The translations under genes were made by a program, and so were the position numbers. From assembly GCA_043806595.1 (NCBI GenBank), contig JAZDGU010000011.1:1-39625 (forward strand): 39,625 nt of DNA. Reading direction: 5' to 3'. Source of the DNA: Candidatus Micrarchaeota archaeon. Its GTDB lineage: Archaea > Micrarchaeota > Micrarchaeia > Norongarragalinales > SBBD01. Under the pieces are notes generated by a model. That model was not told the origin of the DNA, did no database searches, and was given only the letters and a program-made list of their open reading frames with translations. Positions 17,100 to 26,720 of the stretch are shown piece after piece; position 1 is the first letter of the stretch, and each line of letters opens with the position of its first letter.

Positions 17100-17756
17100 T
17101 CAAGCCTTGGAGCGCAGCACGAGGAACAGGTGGTCAATCTCGAACGGCCGCAGGTCGATCTTCTCGAGCACCTCGAAGTCCCTCATCAGCTCGCCGACGA
17201 CCCTAGAGTAGACCTGCTGCGGCGGCCGCGACGAGTCGATGCACCTCGCCTTCACCGCAATCATGGCGAAGCCGCGGGGCTTGAGGTAGCCGCGGCAGTT
17301 CTGCCCGAGGATCATGACCTGGTCGCGGTCAGCCACGTCCTCATAGACCACGTCCGCCTTCCCGTCGATTCCGTACCGCTCGGGGAAGCGGGCGTCCTCG
17401 ATGATGGGGAGCATGTTCGGCCTCTTCTCGCAGACCTCGACCAGCTGGCGCGCGACGTGCGCGGAGAACTCGACGCAGTATACCAGCCCGCCAGCTCCTA
17501 CGATGTCGCTCACGTGCGACGCCGTGGTGCCGCTAGCAGCGCCCAGATAGAGCACCGTCGACCCCTCCCTTATCGGCATCTGCCTCATGCCCTTGACGAG
17601 CGCCGCACCGAGCTTGCTCCTCTTCGGCTCCCACAGGCGGTATTCCTGCCCTCCGGCCTTCTTCACTTCCTCGCCGTAGACGGAAAAGCCGGGCGCGAGG
17701 CTTTTAGTCGCGAGCCTGCCGTCGGCCTTGAACACCCCTGGGAAAACCTGCTGCAT
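17100..17756 (-). CDS. flpA: fibrillarin-like rRNA/tRNA 2'-O-methyltransferase
   Basis: VYGE, EYRLWEPKRSKLGAA, VLYLGAASGTTASHVSD, KRPNMLPIIEDAR and KARCIDSS. Confidence 0.96.
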   Translation of the reverse strand: MQQVFPGVFKADGRLATKSLAPGFSVYGEEVKKAGGQEYRLWEPKRSKLGAALVKGMRQMPIREGSTVLYLGAASGTTASHVSDIVGAGGLVYCVEFSAHVARQLVEVCEKRPNMLPIIEDARFPERYGIDGKADVVYEDVADRDQVMILGQNCRGYLKPRGFAMIAVKARCIDSSRPPQQVYSRVVGELMRDFEVLEKIDLRPFEIDHLFLVLRSKA

Positions 17757-17772
17757 GGAAATAATACGAGCG

Positions 17773-18330
17773 TCAGGGTTTAAATCCTCGAGTCTCGAGC
17801 GAGATCGCGAGCCTGCGCGCGCGCCGGAAAAGCGAGTGCAGCACCGGCAGCACGAGAGGCAGCACCGCCTTCGAACCGCGGGCTGCCTGCGCGATTCTCA
17901 CCCGCAGGGCCTTGCGCTCGAAGTAGGGCACGGAAGCCATCCCAATGGCGAGCACGAAAGCGGTCTGCCGCGGCACCCCCAGCCCCCGCAGCGCGCGCTC
18001 GATGCGCGAGGGCGGGGTAGTGAACACGAACAGGAAAGACAGCAGGAAAAGCGAGCATAGGAATAGGTAGTTGTACAGCCCGGCAAGCGGGTCGTTCCAG
18101 TGGAAGAGGAATGCCGCGAGCGAGAAGACGAATATTATCGCGTGATCCCGGACGGTGCCGGTAACGGAAATCCCCGCAATCGAATACAGGGCAAATGCTG
18201 CGGCGATGGTTACCCCCGAGAACTCCTTGGGCATCGCGATTAAGAGCAAAGACCCGGCTATCAGGCCGACGAGTTTCGCCCTTGCGCCAGCCCTGTGGAT
18301 AGCCGAATCCCCCGGCGAATACTTGAGCAT
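17773..18330 (-). CDS. ecfT: ECF transporter transmembrane T component
   Basis: YSPGDSAIHR; coupling-helix motifs AQAARG and LETRG. Confidence 0.88.
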   Translation of the reverse strand: MLKYSPGDSAIHRAGARAKLVGLIAGSLLLIAMPKEFSGVTIAAAFALYSIAGISVTGTVRDHAIIFVFSLAAFLFHWNDPLAGLYNYLFLCSLFLLSFLFVFTTPPSRIERALRGLGVPRQTAFVLAIGMASVPYFERKALRVRIAQAARGSKAVLPLVLPVLHSLFRRARRLAISLETRGFKP

Positions 18331-18340
18331 GCCCCTTTTC

Positions 18341-19078
18341 TCACTTCATCCCGCAGGGCACCTTGAGCCCCGCGCCGCCGAATCTCGTGTCCGCGAAGAC
18401 CTCCTTCCCCCCGTCAAGCGTGATTCTGCCGTTGTCCAGCACGACGAACCTCTTGGCGTACTCGACGAGTAGATCGGTGTCGTGCGAGGATATGATTATC
18501 GTCCTTCCTTGCGCATTGAGCCTGCGGAGAATCCCGAACAGCTCCACGGAACTCCGGTAGTCGAGCGCCGAGGTCGGCTCGTCGAGGCAGATGATTCGGG
18601 CGTCAGTTGCGAGCGCCGAGGCGATCGCGACCTTCTGCTTCTGGCCGTGGGAGAGCGTAGAGGGGTCCCTGCCGGCAAGGCCGGGTATGCCGAGGGATTC
18701 CAGCGCGAGCTCCACTCGTTTCCGGGTTTCCTCTGGCTGAGCGCCGCGGTTTTTGAGGGCAAAGCCCACCTCCTCCTCGACGGTCAGCGAGAATATCTGG
18801 TCGTCCGGGTCCTGGAACACGAACGCGACATCCCTGCTCAGCTCCTGCACCGAATGCCTCGCGGCATCCCTGCCGAAGACGGCGACGCTTCCTGCGGTTT
18901 TCGCTGGAATTATTTTCGGTATTACCCCGTTGAGGCATAGCAAGAGCGTCGTCTTGCCGGTGCCGACTTCTCCGAGCAGGGAAACGAATTCCCCTTCCGC
19001 AACCGAGAACGACACCCCGTCAAGCGCGTTCGCCGCTCCGTAGCCCACGCTCAAATCCCTTGTCTCTACCGCGAGCAT
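18341..19078 (-). CDS. ecfA: ECF transporter ATPase (A component)
   Basis: GEVGTGKTT, VFQDPDDQIF, LSHGQKQKVAIA, LDEPTSALD and SHD. Confidence 0.92.
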   Translation of the reverse strand: MLAVETRDLSVGYGAANALDGVSFSVAEGEFVSLLGEVGTGKTTLLLCLNGVIPKIIPAKTAGSVAVFGRDAARHSVQELSRDVAFVFQDPDDQIFSLTVEEEVGFALKNRGAQPEETRKRVELALESLGIPGLAGRDPSTLSHGQKQKVAIASALATDARIICLDEPTSALDYRSSVELFGILRRLNAQGRTIIISSHDTDLLVEYAKRFVVLDNGRITLDGGKEVFADTRFGGAGLKVPCGMK

Positions 19079-19079
19079 T

Positions 19080-19877
19080 TCACGCACCGTATCTCTCGGC
19101 GAAGCCGAAGCGGAAGGCAATCAGCCATGCCAGCCCGAACTCAGCAGCCGCCTGCACTGCGTTCCACAGGAATACCGAGGCGTACCAAGCCGACGGCCCC
19201 AGCAGCGGAACCGGCACCGCCGAAATCATCGTGGCGAGCTCCGCGGGCGTGACCCGGAAGAACAGTGGCCCCGCGAAGTAGAAATTCGCAGCGATCATCA
19301 GCAGCCCCCGCAGCGCCGCGGCGACGGCGAGAATTGCGAGGGCCTCCTTCCATGAAAAAACCCCGCGCAGTTCCTTTTCGCTGCCGTACCTTTTCCAGAG
19401 ACGAAGCAGCAAATATGCGAAGCCCGCGAACGCGAGGATCGGGGCGATTCCCGCGGCTACAGTGCCCCCGAACGCCTCCCCGGAATAGGCTATCAGGTAT
19501 GCGAACGCCGCGAACGCCGCGATGAACGCCGCAAGCAGCAGCCCCAGCAGCACGAGCAGCCTGCCGGGCTCGATTTTTCGCCTCTTGGCCGCGAGGTAGA
19601 AAGCGGGCACGGCGAGCATGGGTAGCGTCGCCGAGAACTTCATCACCGCGCCGATTACCCCCGTGGGGGAAAGGAAGGCGATGCCGATGAACGACGCGAC
19701 AAGCACCTGCAGCCCCGCATTGTATCCGAGAACAAAAAACGCGATGAGCGCCGGCACGCCGACCAGGTCGACGGTCATGCCCCATCCGGTGGGCACCCCG
19801 ATGACGTTGTTCACCAGCTGAAGCGCCAGCGAGAGCCCGGCAAGCAGCCCCGCTGCCACGAGCGCGTAGGTTTTCAC
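19080..19877 (-). CDS. ECF transporter substrate-specific S component (substrate unknown)
   Basis: Multi-TM protein with MTVDLVGVP and GAVMKF; first gene of the S-A-T operon. Confidence 0.75.
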   Translation of the reverse strand: MKTYALVAAGLLAGLSLALQLVNNVIGVPTGWGMTVDLVGVPALIAFFVLGYNAGLQVLVASFIGIAFLSPTGVIGAVMKFSATLPMLAVPAFYLAAKRRKIEPGRLLVLLGLLLAAFIAAFAAFAYLIAYSGEAFGGTVAAGIAPILAFAGFAYLLLRLWKRYGSEKELRGVFSWKEALAILAVAAALRGLLMIAANFYFAGPLFFRVTPAELATMISAVPVPLLGPSAWYASVFLWNAVQAAAEFGLAWLIAFRFGFAERYGA

Positions 19878-19945
19878 AACGGGATTGCGGCGGCTGCGCT
19901 TAATATCCTTTTCTTGAAAACAGGTAATTACCGTTTATCGGGTAA

Positions 19946-20278
19946 TTAGCGCACGGCGCTTCCGTCGGCCACCGGCCGGTCGGGCGCGAGCAGGGTGATT
20001 TCCCCGTCGGCGGTCTCCGCGGCGAGCAGCATGCCCTGCGACTCGATTCCCTTGAGTGTCTTGCGCTCGAGGTTGCAGACGACCACGATGAGCTTCCCGA
20101 GCAGCTCGTCCTCGGCGTACGCCTGGGCGAGGCCGGCAACCAGCGTGCGCTCCTCGCCGCCGACGCGCACCTGCAGCTTGTAGAGCTTGTTGCTGCCTTC
20201 CACCCGCCCGACTTCCATTATCTTGCCTACGCGCAGCTCGAGCTTCGAGAATTCCGCGAACGAGACCGTTTCTGCCAT
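19946..20278 (-). CDS. stand-alone tRNA-binding OB-fold protein (Trbp111/CsaA/MetRS C-terminal domain)
   Basis: FSKLELRVGKI, KLYKLQV, RTLVAGL and NLERKTLKGIESQGMLLAA. Confidence 0.92.
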   Translation of the reverse strand: MAETVSFAEFSKLELRVGKIMEVGRVEGSNKLYKLQVRVGGEERTLVAGLAQAYAEDELLGKLIVVVCNLERKTLKGIESQGMLLAAETADGEITLLAPDRPVADGSAVR

Positions 20279-20293
20279 GGGGAGCCGGCACTC

Positions 20294-20677
20294 TTATTTG
20301 TAGAGCCTCTTCCGGGGGTTGTAGAAGCGGTCGCCCTTGAGCGACTCGATGACAATCTTGTGCTCCTTGTGTTTCTTCTCTATGATGGCGTAGACGAGGT
20401 CGTAGGACTCGATGACCAGCAGGACCTGCTTCCGCCCGAGGCCGCCGCACTTCGCCAGTATGGCGGAGACGAAGCGCGAGCGCTTCACCGGGTTGCGCTG
20501 GACCTCCTTCAGCTCCTCGTCCGGCAGCTTCTTGGTCTGCACGGCCTTGATCACCGCCTTGAAGATTTCCTCGCCGTCCTTTAGCTCCTTCTCGGTGAAG
20601 CTCGTCTCCCTCTTCTTGAGGTAGCGCTTCTCGCGGAGCATGAACGCCAGCAGCATGTCAAAGTGCTCGGGTTTCAT
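20294..20677 (-). CDS. hypothetical basic protein
   Basis: Strongly GC3-biased ORF with AAG/GAG codons; no recognised motif. Confidence 0.7.
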   Translation of the reverse strand: MKPEHFDMLLAFMLREKRYLKKRETSFTEKELKDGEEIFKAVIKAVQTKKLPDEELKEVQRNPVKRSRFVSAILAKCGGLGRKQVLLVIESYDLVYAIIEKKHKEHKIVIESLKGDRFYNPRKRLYK

Positions 20678-20793
20678 CGAATCAGCCCTCTTCCCCCTGT
20701 TCCGTCGATACGTAACATCAGGAAGCGCATTATGCGGCCGGATATATATATGGCTTTCGCTCCCGGGAAAAAGCCACTCCGCCGCCCGAATCC

Positions 20794-21351
20794 TCAGAAC
20801 TTGACCTTGACGGGTTCGCGCTCCCCCTCGCCCTCGGTCTTGAAGTATTCCTCGGCCTTGAACCCGAGCGGTCCCGCGACGAGCGCGCCCGGCATCACCT
20901 GTATGGAAGTGTTGAACTCGAGCACGCTGTCGTTGTAGAACCTGCGGGAATAGGCGATCTTGTTCTCAATCCCGCTGAGCTCCTCCTGCAGCCGCAGGAA
21001 GTTCTCGTTCGCGCGCAGGGTCGGGTAGGCCTCGGCGACCGCGAAAAGCGTCTTGAGCGCGCCGGTGAGCATGTTGTCCGCCTTCGCCTTCTCGCCCACA
21101 GTCTTCGCCCCCATCATGGACGCGCGCGCCTTCGTGACGTTCTCGAAGACCTCGCGCTCGTGCTTGGCGTAGCCCTTGATGGTCTCCACGAGGTTGGGCA
21201 CCAGGTCGTACCTCAGCTTGAGCTGCACGTCAATCTGCGACCACGCGTTCTCGATGCGGTTGCGCAGCGTCACCAGCCCGTTGTAGGTGAAAAGCAGCCA
21301 CAGCACGACGATTACGACTACCGCGATTATTCCGTAGAGCAAAAGGGACAT
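20794..21351 (-). CDS. lemA: LemA family protein
   Basis: [53 protein letters not shown] and IAYSRRFYN. Confidence 0.95.
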   Translation of the reverse strand: MSLLLYGIIAVVVIVVLWLLFTYNGLVTLRNRIENAWSQIDVQLKLRYDLVPNLVETIKGYAKHEREVFENVTKARASMMGAKTVGEKAKADNMLTGALKTLFAVAEAYPTLRANENFLRLQEELSGIENKIAYSRRFYNDSVLEFNTSIQVMPGALVAGPLGFKAEEYFKTEGEGEREPVKVKF

Positions 21352-21463
21352 GCCCGAACACCCCTGCACAGATTTCCCTCCGCCTGCTTAAAAAGCGTTC
21401 GTTTCGCTGCTGGCAGGGGGAGGGGGCAGCAACGTTTTTATTGCGCGGCGGCGTGCCTTTTGC

Positions 21464-22039
21464 ATGGCCAGGATTATCGAGCGCGCGGACGTTTGGACGG
21501 AGCTCTTTTCCGACCCCGTCAGGCTTTTCGCCTCGGAGAAGAAGCGCGCGAGCAAGGCCGAGGCCAGCAAGCACCTGCTCCTCGGGGTCTTCATCTTCAG
21601 CGTACTATACGCCGCGACGTTCACGCTACTGCCCAACATGCCGACCTACGCGAGGCCGATGAGCCTCCCCCGCATGGCGCTGTTCACCGTATTCAATACC
21701 GTCATCGGCTTCGCCGCGGCATTCCTCGTCATCGCCCTGAACTACGTGGTAGCCCGCGCCTTCGGGGGCAGGGCGTCCTTCGACCAGCACTTTCACCTCA
21801 GCGCGGTAATCGTCGCCCCGACGCTGGTGCTCTACTACGTCTGCAGGCTCTTTCCCGGCATCGGGTTCCTACTGGCGCTCCTCGTGCTCGCATACTACGT
21901 GTTCGCCAACCTGACGATGCTGGTATGGGTCCACGGCCTGACCTACCCGCAGGCATTCGCCGCGCTCTTCGTGCCGTCCCTCATCCTCCTTTTGGCGCTG
22001 GTCTCCACGGGAATCGCGGTGCAGGCCGCGGTCATTTAG
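21464..22039 (+). CDS. Yip1-domain membrane protein
   Basis: LFSDP..LF, ARAFGGRASF and about 5 TMs ending VHGLTY..AF. Confidence 0.7.
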   Translation: MARIIERADVWTELFSDPVRLFASEKKRASKAEASKHLLLGVFIFSVLYAATFTLLPNMPTYARPMSLPRMALFTVFNTVIGFAAAFLVIALNYVVARAFGGRASFDQHFHLSAVIVAPTLVLYYVCRLFPGIGFLLALLVLAYYVFANLTMLVWVHGLTYPQAFAALFVPSLILLLALVSTGIAVQAAVI

Positions 22040-22202
22040 CGTTCACCCGGGAGCGTTTGCCCCTTGTGCACCACGGGGGGGCAGGCCGCAGGGGGAACCG
22101 CATAATGCCCCTTCGCCTGCGGAGCAAATCGCAAGCCTTATATAACTTGTTCGGAATTATGACGTGGCTGCTGCTCTGGGTCTGAAACGCTAGTGGGTTC
22201 GC

Positions 22203-23342
22203 ATGCAGATACCGAACTTCTACGAGGGAAACTTGTACCGCCGGCTCCTGCTCGTGCCGCTGCTACTGATATTCGTAGCGGTCCTGCTGGTCCCGCGCGT
22301 TCCCCTCGGCATAGACTTCAAGGGAGGCCTGCTTTTCACGGTATACACTGATTCGCCGGCATCCGAGCTCGTCAAGCAGAAGGCGGACCTCGAATCCAGG
22401 CTCTCAGCATTTTCCAAGGACGCTAGCGTCCGTTCGTTCGAGAACCCTTCCGGCCGCGGCTTCGAGATAGAGCTGCAGGGCGACGAGAATCTCGCGGGCG
22501 CGCAGGACAGGCTCGCCTCCCTCAAGCAGTTGGACGCCGACCTCTCGCGCGAGCAGCTTTACCTTGACGCCCTCGAGTCCAACGCCTCTGCGACCACGCC
22601 GCAGGAGCTCGAGGCGCAGAGGAGCAAGGTTGCGGGGATGGACTCGAAGGCCGTCGCCGACGCCAATTCCATCCTCGCCGAAATCGGCTCGACGAGGCGC
22701 GTGACCGACGGCTCGAAGGCCTTCAGCGAAGCCAGCGACGGCCTGCAGGAGGCTTCTTCGGGCTACCGCGAGAAGGTGCTTGCGGAAATCCGCGCGGCGG
22801 TTCCCGTCAAGGCCTACACTAGCAAGGAAATCGGCGCCTCGCTGAGCAAGTTCTTCTTCTCCAAGGTGGTGCAGGTTCTGGCGCTCTCGTTCTTCGTGTC
22901 CGCGGTCGTGATCGTGCTCGTGTTCCGCAGCGCAGTCCCGACCGTCTCGGTGCTCTTCGGTGCATTCGCGGATATCATGATAACGCTCGGGGTGATGGGA
23001 GCCCTGCAGATTCCCCTGAGCCTGGCAAGCGTCGCCGCTCTCCTCATGCTCATCGGCTTCTCCCTTGACACGGACATGCTCCTCACCATCCGCGCGCTCA
23101 AGCGCCAGGAGGGAACGGTGCGCGAGCGGATATTCGACTCGATGAAGACTGGGTTCACGATGAACACTTCCGCGATACTGGCATTCACGGTCCTCATCGT
23201 AATCTCCATCGTGCTGAACGTGGAGGTATACTTCGAGATAGGGACGGTCGTGGTAATCGGATCGATCGCGGACTTCATTGCGACGTGGCTCGGCAACGCC
23301 CCGATGGTGCTATGGTACGCCGACGCCAAGGGAATCAAGTGA
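22203..23342 (+). CDS. secF: protein translocase subunit SecF (archaeal type)
   Basis: LGIDFKGG, IGASLS, AALLMLIGFSLDTDMLLT and DFIATWLGNA. Confidence 0.92.
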   Translation: MQIPNFYEGNLYRRLLLVPLLLIFVAVLLVPRVPLGIDFKGGLLFTVYTDSPASELVKQKADLESRLSAFSKDASVRSFENPSGRGFEIELQGDENLAGAQDRLASLKQLDADLSREQLYLDALESNASATTPQELEAQRSKVAGMDSKAVADANSILAEIGSTRRVTDGSKAFSEASDGLQEASSGYREKVLAEIRAAVPVKAYTSKEIGASLSKFFFSKVVQVLALSFFVSAVVIVLVFRSAVPTVSVLFGAFADIMITLGVMGALQIPLSLASVAALLMLIGFSLDTDMLLTIRALKRQEGTVRERIFDSMKTGFTMNTSAILAFTVLIVISIVLNVEVYFEIGTVVVIGSIADFIATWLGNAPMVLWYADAKGIK

Positions 23343-23350
23343 GTATTGGC

Positions 23351-24991
23351 ATGGACTTCTCCCCGCTCCTCAAGAACTGGCGCGTGCAGCTAGTGATAGC
23401 CGTCATTGCTCTGGCGCTTGTAGCGGTCGCGCTCAAGGGCGGCCTCAACTTCGGCATCGAGTTCAAGGGAGGCGTGCGGATCCCAATTTCCATAGTCGCG
23501 GACAAGGACGTCGCTCCCGACGTCATGGCCACGACCGTCGACACGATCAAGCAGCGCATCAACAAGCTGGGGCTCTCGCAGGCGGTGGTGCGGCCGCTCG
23601 GCGGCAGGGAAATCATAGTCGAGGTGCCCCTCGCGGACGAGGGCGTCATCAAGACGGTCGAGACGATTTTGCGCCAGCAGGGCAAGTTCGAGGCCGTGAT
23701 TGACGGCAGGCAGGCGCTCAGCGGCGCCGACGTGCTGCAGAACTCGGTCGGCGGCGCGCAGGGAGAGCGCATTCTCCCGGCCGAGAACCCGCTGGACTAC
23801 CGCTGGGAGATAGACTTCGCGGTTTCCGCGGAGGCGAGCAAGCAGTTCGCCGACGCGGCCCTCGGCAAGGCGGATTACCCCGTCTACATGTTCCTCGACC
23901 GGCCGGAGAACGCCGCCGTCGTGGTCGAGCGCGGCGAGCTCTTCAACGCGACCTTCGCCAGCCAGCCGCAGATCGAGATGGCGCTCAAGGACGTCATGCG
24001 CAGGAACGGCGACGACCTCATGCTCGTCTATGCGGACAACGCGAACGCCAGCGCCGTCGCGCAGCAGGTCGCGGACGCGAACAGGAGCCGGGTGATACTC
24101 ACGGAAGGCCTCGCCGCCCGCCAGCCCGGGCTCGTATCCGAGCTGAAGGCGAAGGGCTACAGCGACGACGCATCCGCGGTCGCCAACAGGATAATAGCCG
24201 TCCCGGATGCGGACATGACCCCGCGCACCTACTCCGCGCAGCTGCGCGGCATAACCGTGAGCGAATGGAGGGCCATCGGCCTTCTGTCCGCGCCCACGCT
24301 TTCCGCGGGCCTCGCCAACGGGTACGCATCGCGCTCTTACCAGGTCACGGGCACGCTCTCCGGCGCAACATCGGAAGAGGCCAAGAGCAACGCCCTCAAC
24401 CAGATCAAGGAGCTCAAGAGCCTCATCAGCGGCGGCAAGCTCCCGGTGAGCACGGTCGTCGGCAGCGCGTACGTCGTCGCGCCGTCCCTCGGCGAGCAGT
24501 TCCTCTTCTACAGCGCGGTGGGCATCGTCATGGCGGTCGCCGCGGTCATGAGCTTCATCGCCTGGCGGTACAGGCGCCCCATACTCGTATTCCCGATAGT
24601 CCTCGTCAACCTGTGCGAGATACTACTCACTACTGTTTTCATGGGCGTAGTCGGCACCGTCGACCTCGCCGCCGTCGCCGGAATCGTCGGCCTGATCGGC
24701 ACCGGCGTCAACGACCAAATCATCATCACCGACGAGCTGCTGCGCAAGGGCAGGACCTCCGACGAGGTGCTCGCCGCACGCGGCATCAAGGAGCGCATCG
24801 GCAAGGCCTTCTTCATCATCTTCACCGTTGCCGGCGTCGCAATCGCCGCCATGCTCCCTCTCCTCCTCTCCGGAATCGTCGAGATCATGGGATTTGCGCT
24901 CTCGACCATCGTCGGAATCCTCGTCGGCGTCGGCATAACGAGGCCCGCGTTCGGAGTCATCGTCGAGCACATAAGCAAGCCGAAAGCATGA
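23351..24991 (+). CDS. secD: protein translocase subunit SecD (archaeal type)
   Basis: GLNFGIEFKGG, RINKLGL, GKFEA, GKLP, APSLGEQF, DLAAVAG..GTGVNDQIIITDE and ITRPAF. Confidence 0.93.
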   Translation: MDFSPLLKNWRVQLVIAVIALALVAVALKGGLNFGIEFKGGVRIPISIVADKDVAPDVMATTVDTIKQRINKLGLSQAVVRPLGGREIIVEVPLADEGVIKTVETILRQQGKFEAVIDGRQALSGADVLQNSVGGAQGERILPAENPLDYRWEIDFAVSAEASKQFADAALGKADYPVYMFLDRPENAAVVVERGELFNATFASQPQIEMALKDVMRRNGDDLMLVYADNANASAVAQQVADANRSRVILTEGLAARQPGLVSELKAKGYSDDASAVANRIIAVPDADMTPRTYSAQLRGITVSEWRAIGLLSAPTLSAGLANGYASRSYQVTGTLSGATSEEAKSNALNQIKELKSLISGGKLPVSTVVGSAYVVAPSLGEQFLFYSAVGIVMAVAAVMSFIAWRYRRPILVFPIVLVNLCEILLTTVFMGVVGTVDLAAVAGIVGLIGTGVNDQIIITDELLRKGRTSDEVLAARGIKERIGKAFFIIFTVAGVAIAAMLPLLLSGIVEIMGFALSTIVGILVGVGITRPAFGVIVEHISKPKA

Positions 24992-25031
24992 CGCCGCAAC
25001 CCATAAATATCGCGCCCGCCTTCACCCCGGC

Positions 25032-26696
25032 ATGGCCGACTTCTTCCTCAACATCGGCATCCTCGTAGTCTTTGCGACGCTCGCCGGCCTCATCGCCAAC
25101 CGGCTGCGCCAGCCGCCCGTCCTCGGGCTGCTCGCCATCGGCGCAGTCATCGGCCCCAACCTGCTCGGGTGGGTGACCCAGAGTGAGCTCGTCAACAGCT
25201 TCGCCGACATCGGGGCGGTTCTCCTTCTCTTCACGATAGGCTTCGAGTTCAGCCTCTCCCGCCTCTTCGAGTACGGCAAGCGCAGCTTCTTCATCGCACT
25301 CTCCAAGCTCGGCATCGTATTCTTCCTAACCTTCGAGCTCGCGTCGCTTGCGGGGCTGGACGCCACAAGCTCCATCGCGATTGGGGCCATCGTGGCCATC
25401 ACGAGCACCGCGCTGATGATACGGCTGGTCGAGCAGAAGTCGCTCAAGGACCGCGAGGAGATACCGCTGCTGCTGGGCACTCTCGTCATCGAGGACATCT
25501 TCGCCGTAATCGCCTTGACGATGATATCCGGCCTCGGCACCGGCGAGTTCGGCGCGATAGCGGTCATGCGGAACATACTCTTCGCCATCTTCGCGCTCAT
25601 CGCCCTCTACGCCGCAATCTTCATGGTCCTGAACCGCCTGTTCGACTGGATAACCAAGTACCAGGCGAGGGAGACGATGATTTTCCTCGCGCTCAGCATC
25701 GGCATCGGCTTCAGCTACTTCGCGGAATACCTCGGCCTCACGCCTTCCATCGGGGCGTTCCTCGCGGGCAGCCTCGTCGCCTCCATGCCGCGCGCGAAGA
25801 CGCTCGAGGAAAGCATCCACCCCTTCAGCCTCGCCTTCAGCAGCATATTCTTCGTCTCCATCGGCATGCTCATCAACCTCGGGAGCGTCTGGTCCAACAT
25901 CGGCCTCGTGCTCCTGCTCTGCGCCGCTAACCTAGTTTTTAAGTTCGCCGGCGCCGCGACGAGCACCTACATCTTCGGCTTCAACGGCAGGCAGGCTGCG
26001 TTCTCCGGCCTGGCGATGCTCTCCGTCGGCGAGTTCTCGCTCCTCATCGCCAAGGAGGCGCAGGCCTCGGTCCCGATTGACCTGCTGGGCATCACCTCCG
26101 CGCTCGTGTTCACCAGCGTGCTTGCTACCTCGATGTTCGCCAACCGGAGCAGCGAGGTCTATCTTCTCATTTCAAGGCTGATGCCCCCCGGGGTCAAGCG
26201 CGCGGGAAGGGAGACCGCGGCGGCTGTCCAGGGCATGACGCGCATCCTCGAGCACAGCCGGAAGGCGACCGACGTGCTCGGCAGGAACGTCCTGCTCGGC
26301 GTCGTCCTCGCCGCGGCGCTTTTCTTCCTCGGAAGGGCCGCGGTCGCGCAATGGTCGGGCCTGGTGTTCGCGCACCTCTACGGTCTGATAGTCACGACGG
26401 AATGGGTCGTAGCGGTAATACTGCTCGCTTCCGGCTACGTCATCATGAAGGCCATAACGCACGCCTTCTCGCAGGTCGGAAGGCACATGGCGGAATGGCA
26501 GCTGCGCAGGGCCAAGACGCTCGCGAAAATCATCGCGATGGTGGTCGCCACGCCGTTCCTCCTCGCCCTCTTCGAAACCTCGCCGCTGGTCCGGCAGCTT
26601 TCCGCGCTCGCCGTAATCGCGCTCGCCTTCTACTGGTTCTCGCGTGCGAGCAGGCCGCCCGAGGAAGGGCGCCAGCTGGCATTCTTCAAGCGATAA
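25032..26696 (+). CDS. cation:proton antiporter (CPA2/Kef-type) with extra C-terminal TMs
   Basis: RLRQPPVLG, LLFTIGFEFS, ITSTA, LVIEDIFAV, GAFLAG, FFVSIG and GEFSLLIA. Confidence 0.9.
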   Translation: MADFFLNIGILVVFATLAGLIANRLRQPPVLGLLAIGAVIGPNLLGWVTQSELVNSFADIGAVLLLFTIGFEFSLSRLFEYGKRSFFIALSKLGIVFFLTFELASLAGLDATSSIAIGAIVAITSTALMIRLVEQKSLKDREEIPLLLGTLVIEDIFAVIALTMISGLGTGEFGAIAVMRNILFAIFALIALYAAIFMVLNRLFDWITKYQARETMIFLALSIGIGFSYFAEYLGLTPSIGAFLAGSLVASMPRAKTLEESIHPFSLAFSSIFFVSIGMLINLGSVWSNIGLVLLLCAANLVFKFAGAATSTYIFGFNGRQAAFSGLAMLSVGEFSLLIAKEAQASVPIDLLGITSALVFTSVLATSMFANRSSEVYLLISRLMPPGVKRAGRETAAAVQGMTRILEHSRKATDVLGRNVLLGVVLAAALFFLGRAAVAQWSGLVFAHLYGLIVTTEWVVAVILLASGYVIMKAITHAFSQVGRHMAEWQLRRAKTLAKIIAMVVATPFLLALFETSPLVRQLSALAVIALAFYWFSRASRPPEEGRQLAFFKR

Positions 26697-26720
26697 CGTC
26701 CATTTCCATCACGTTTGAAT

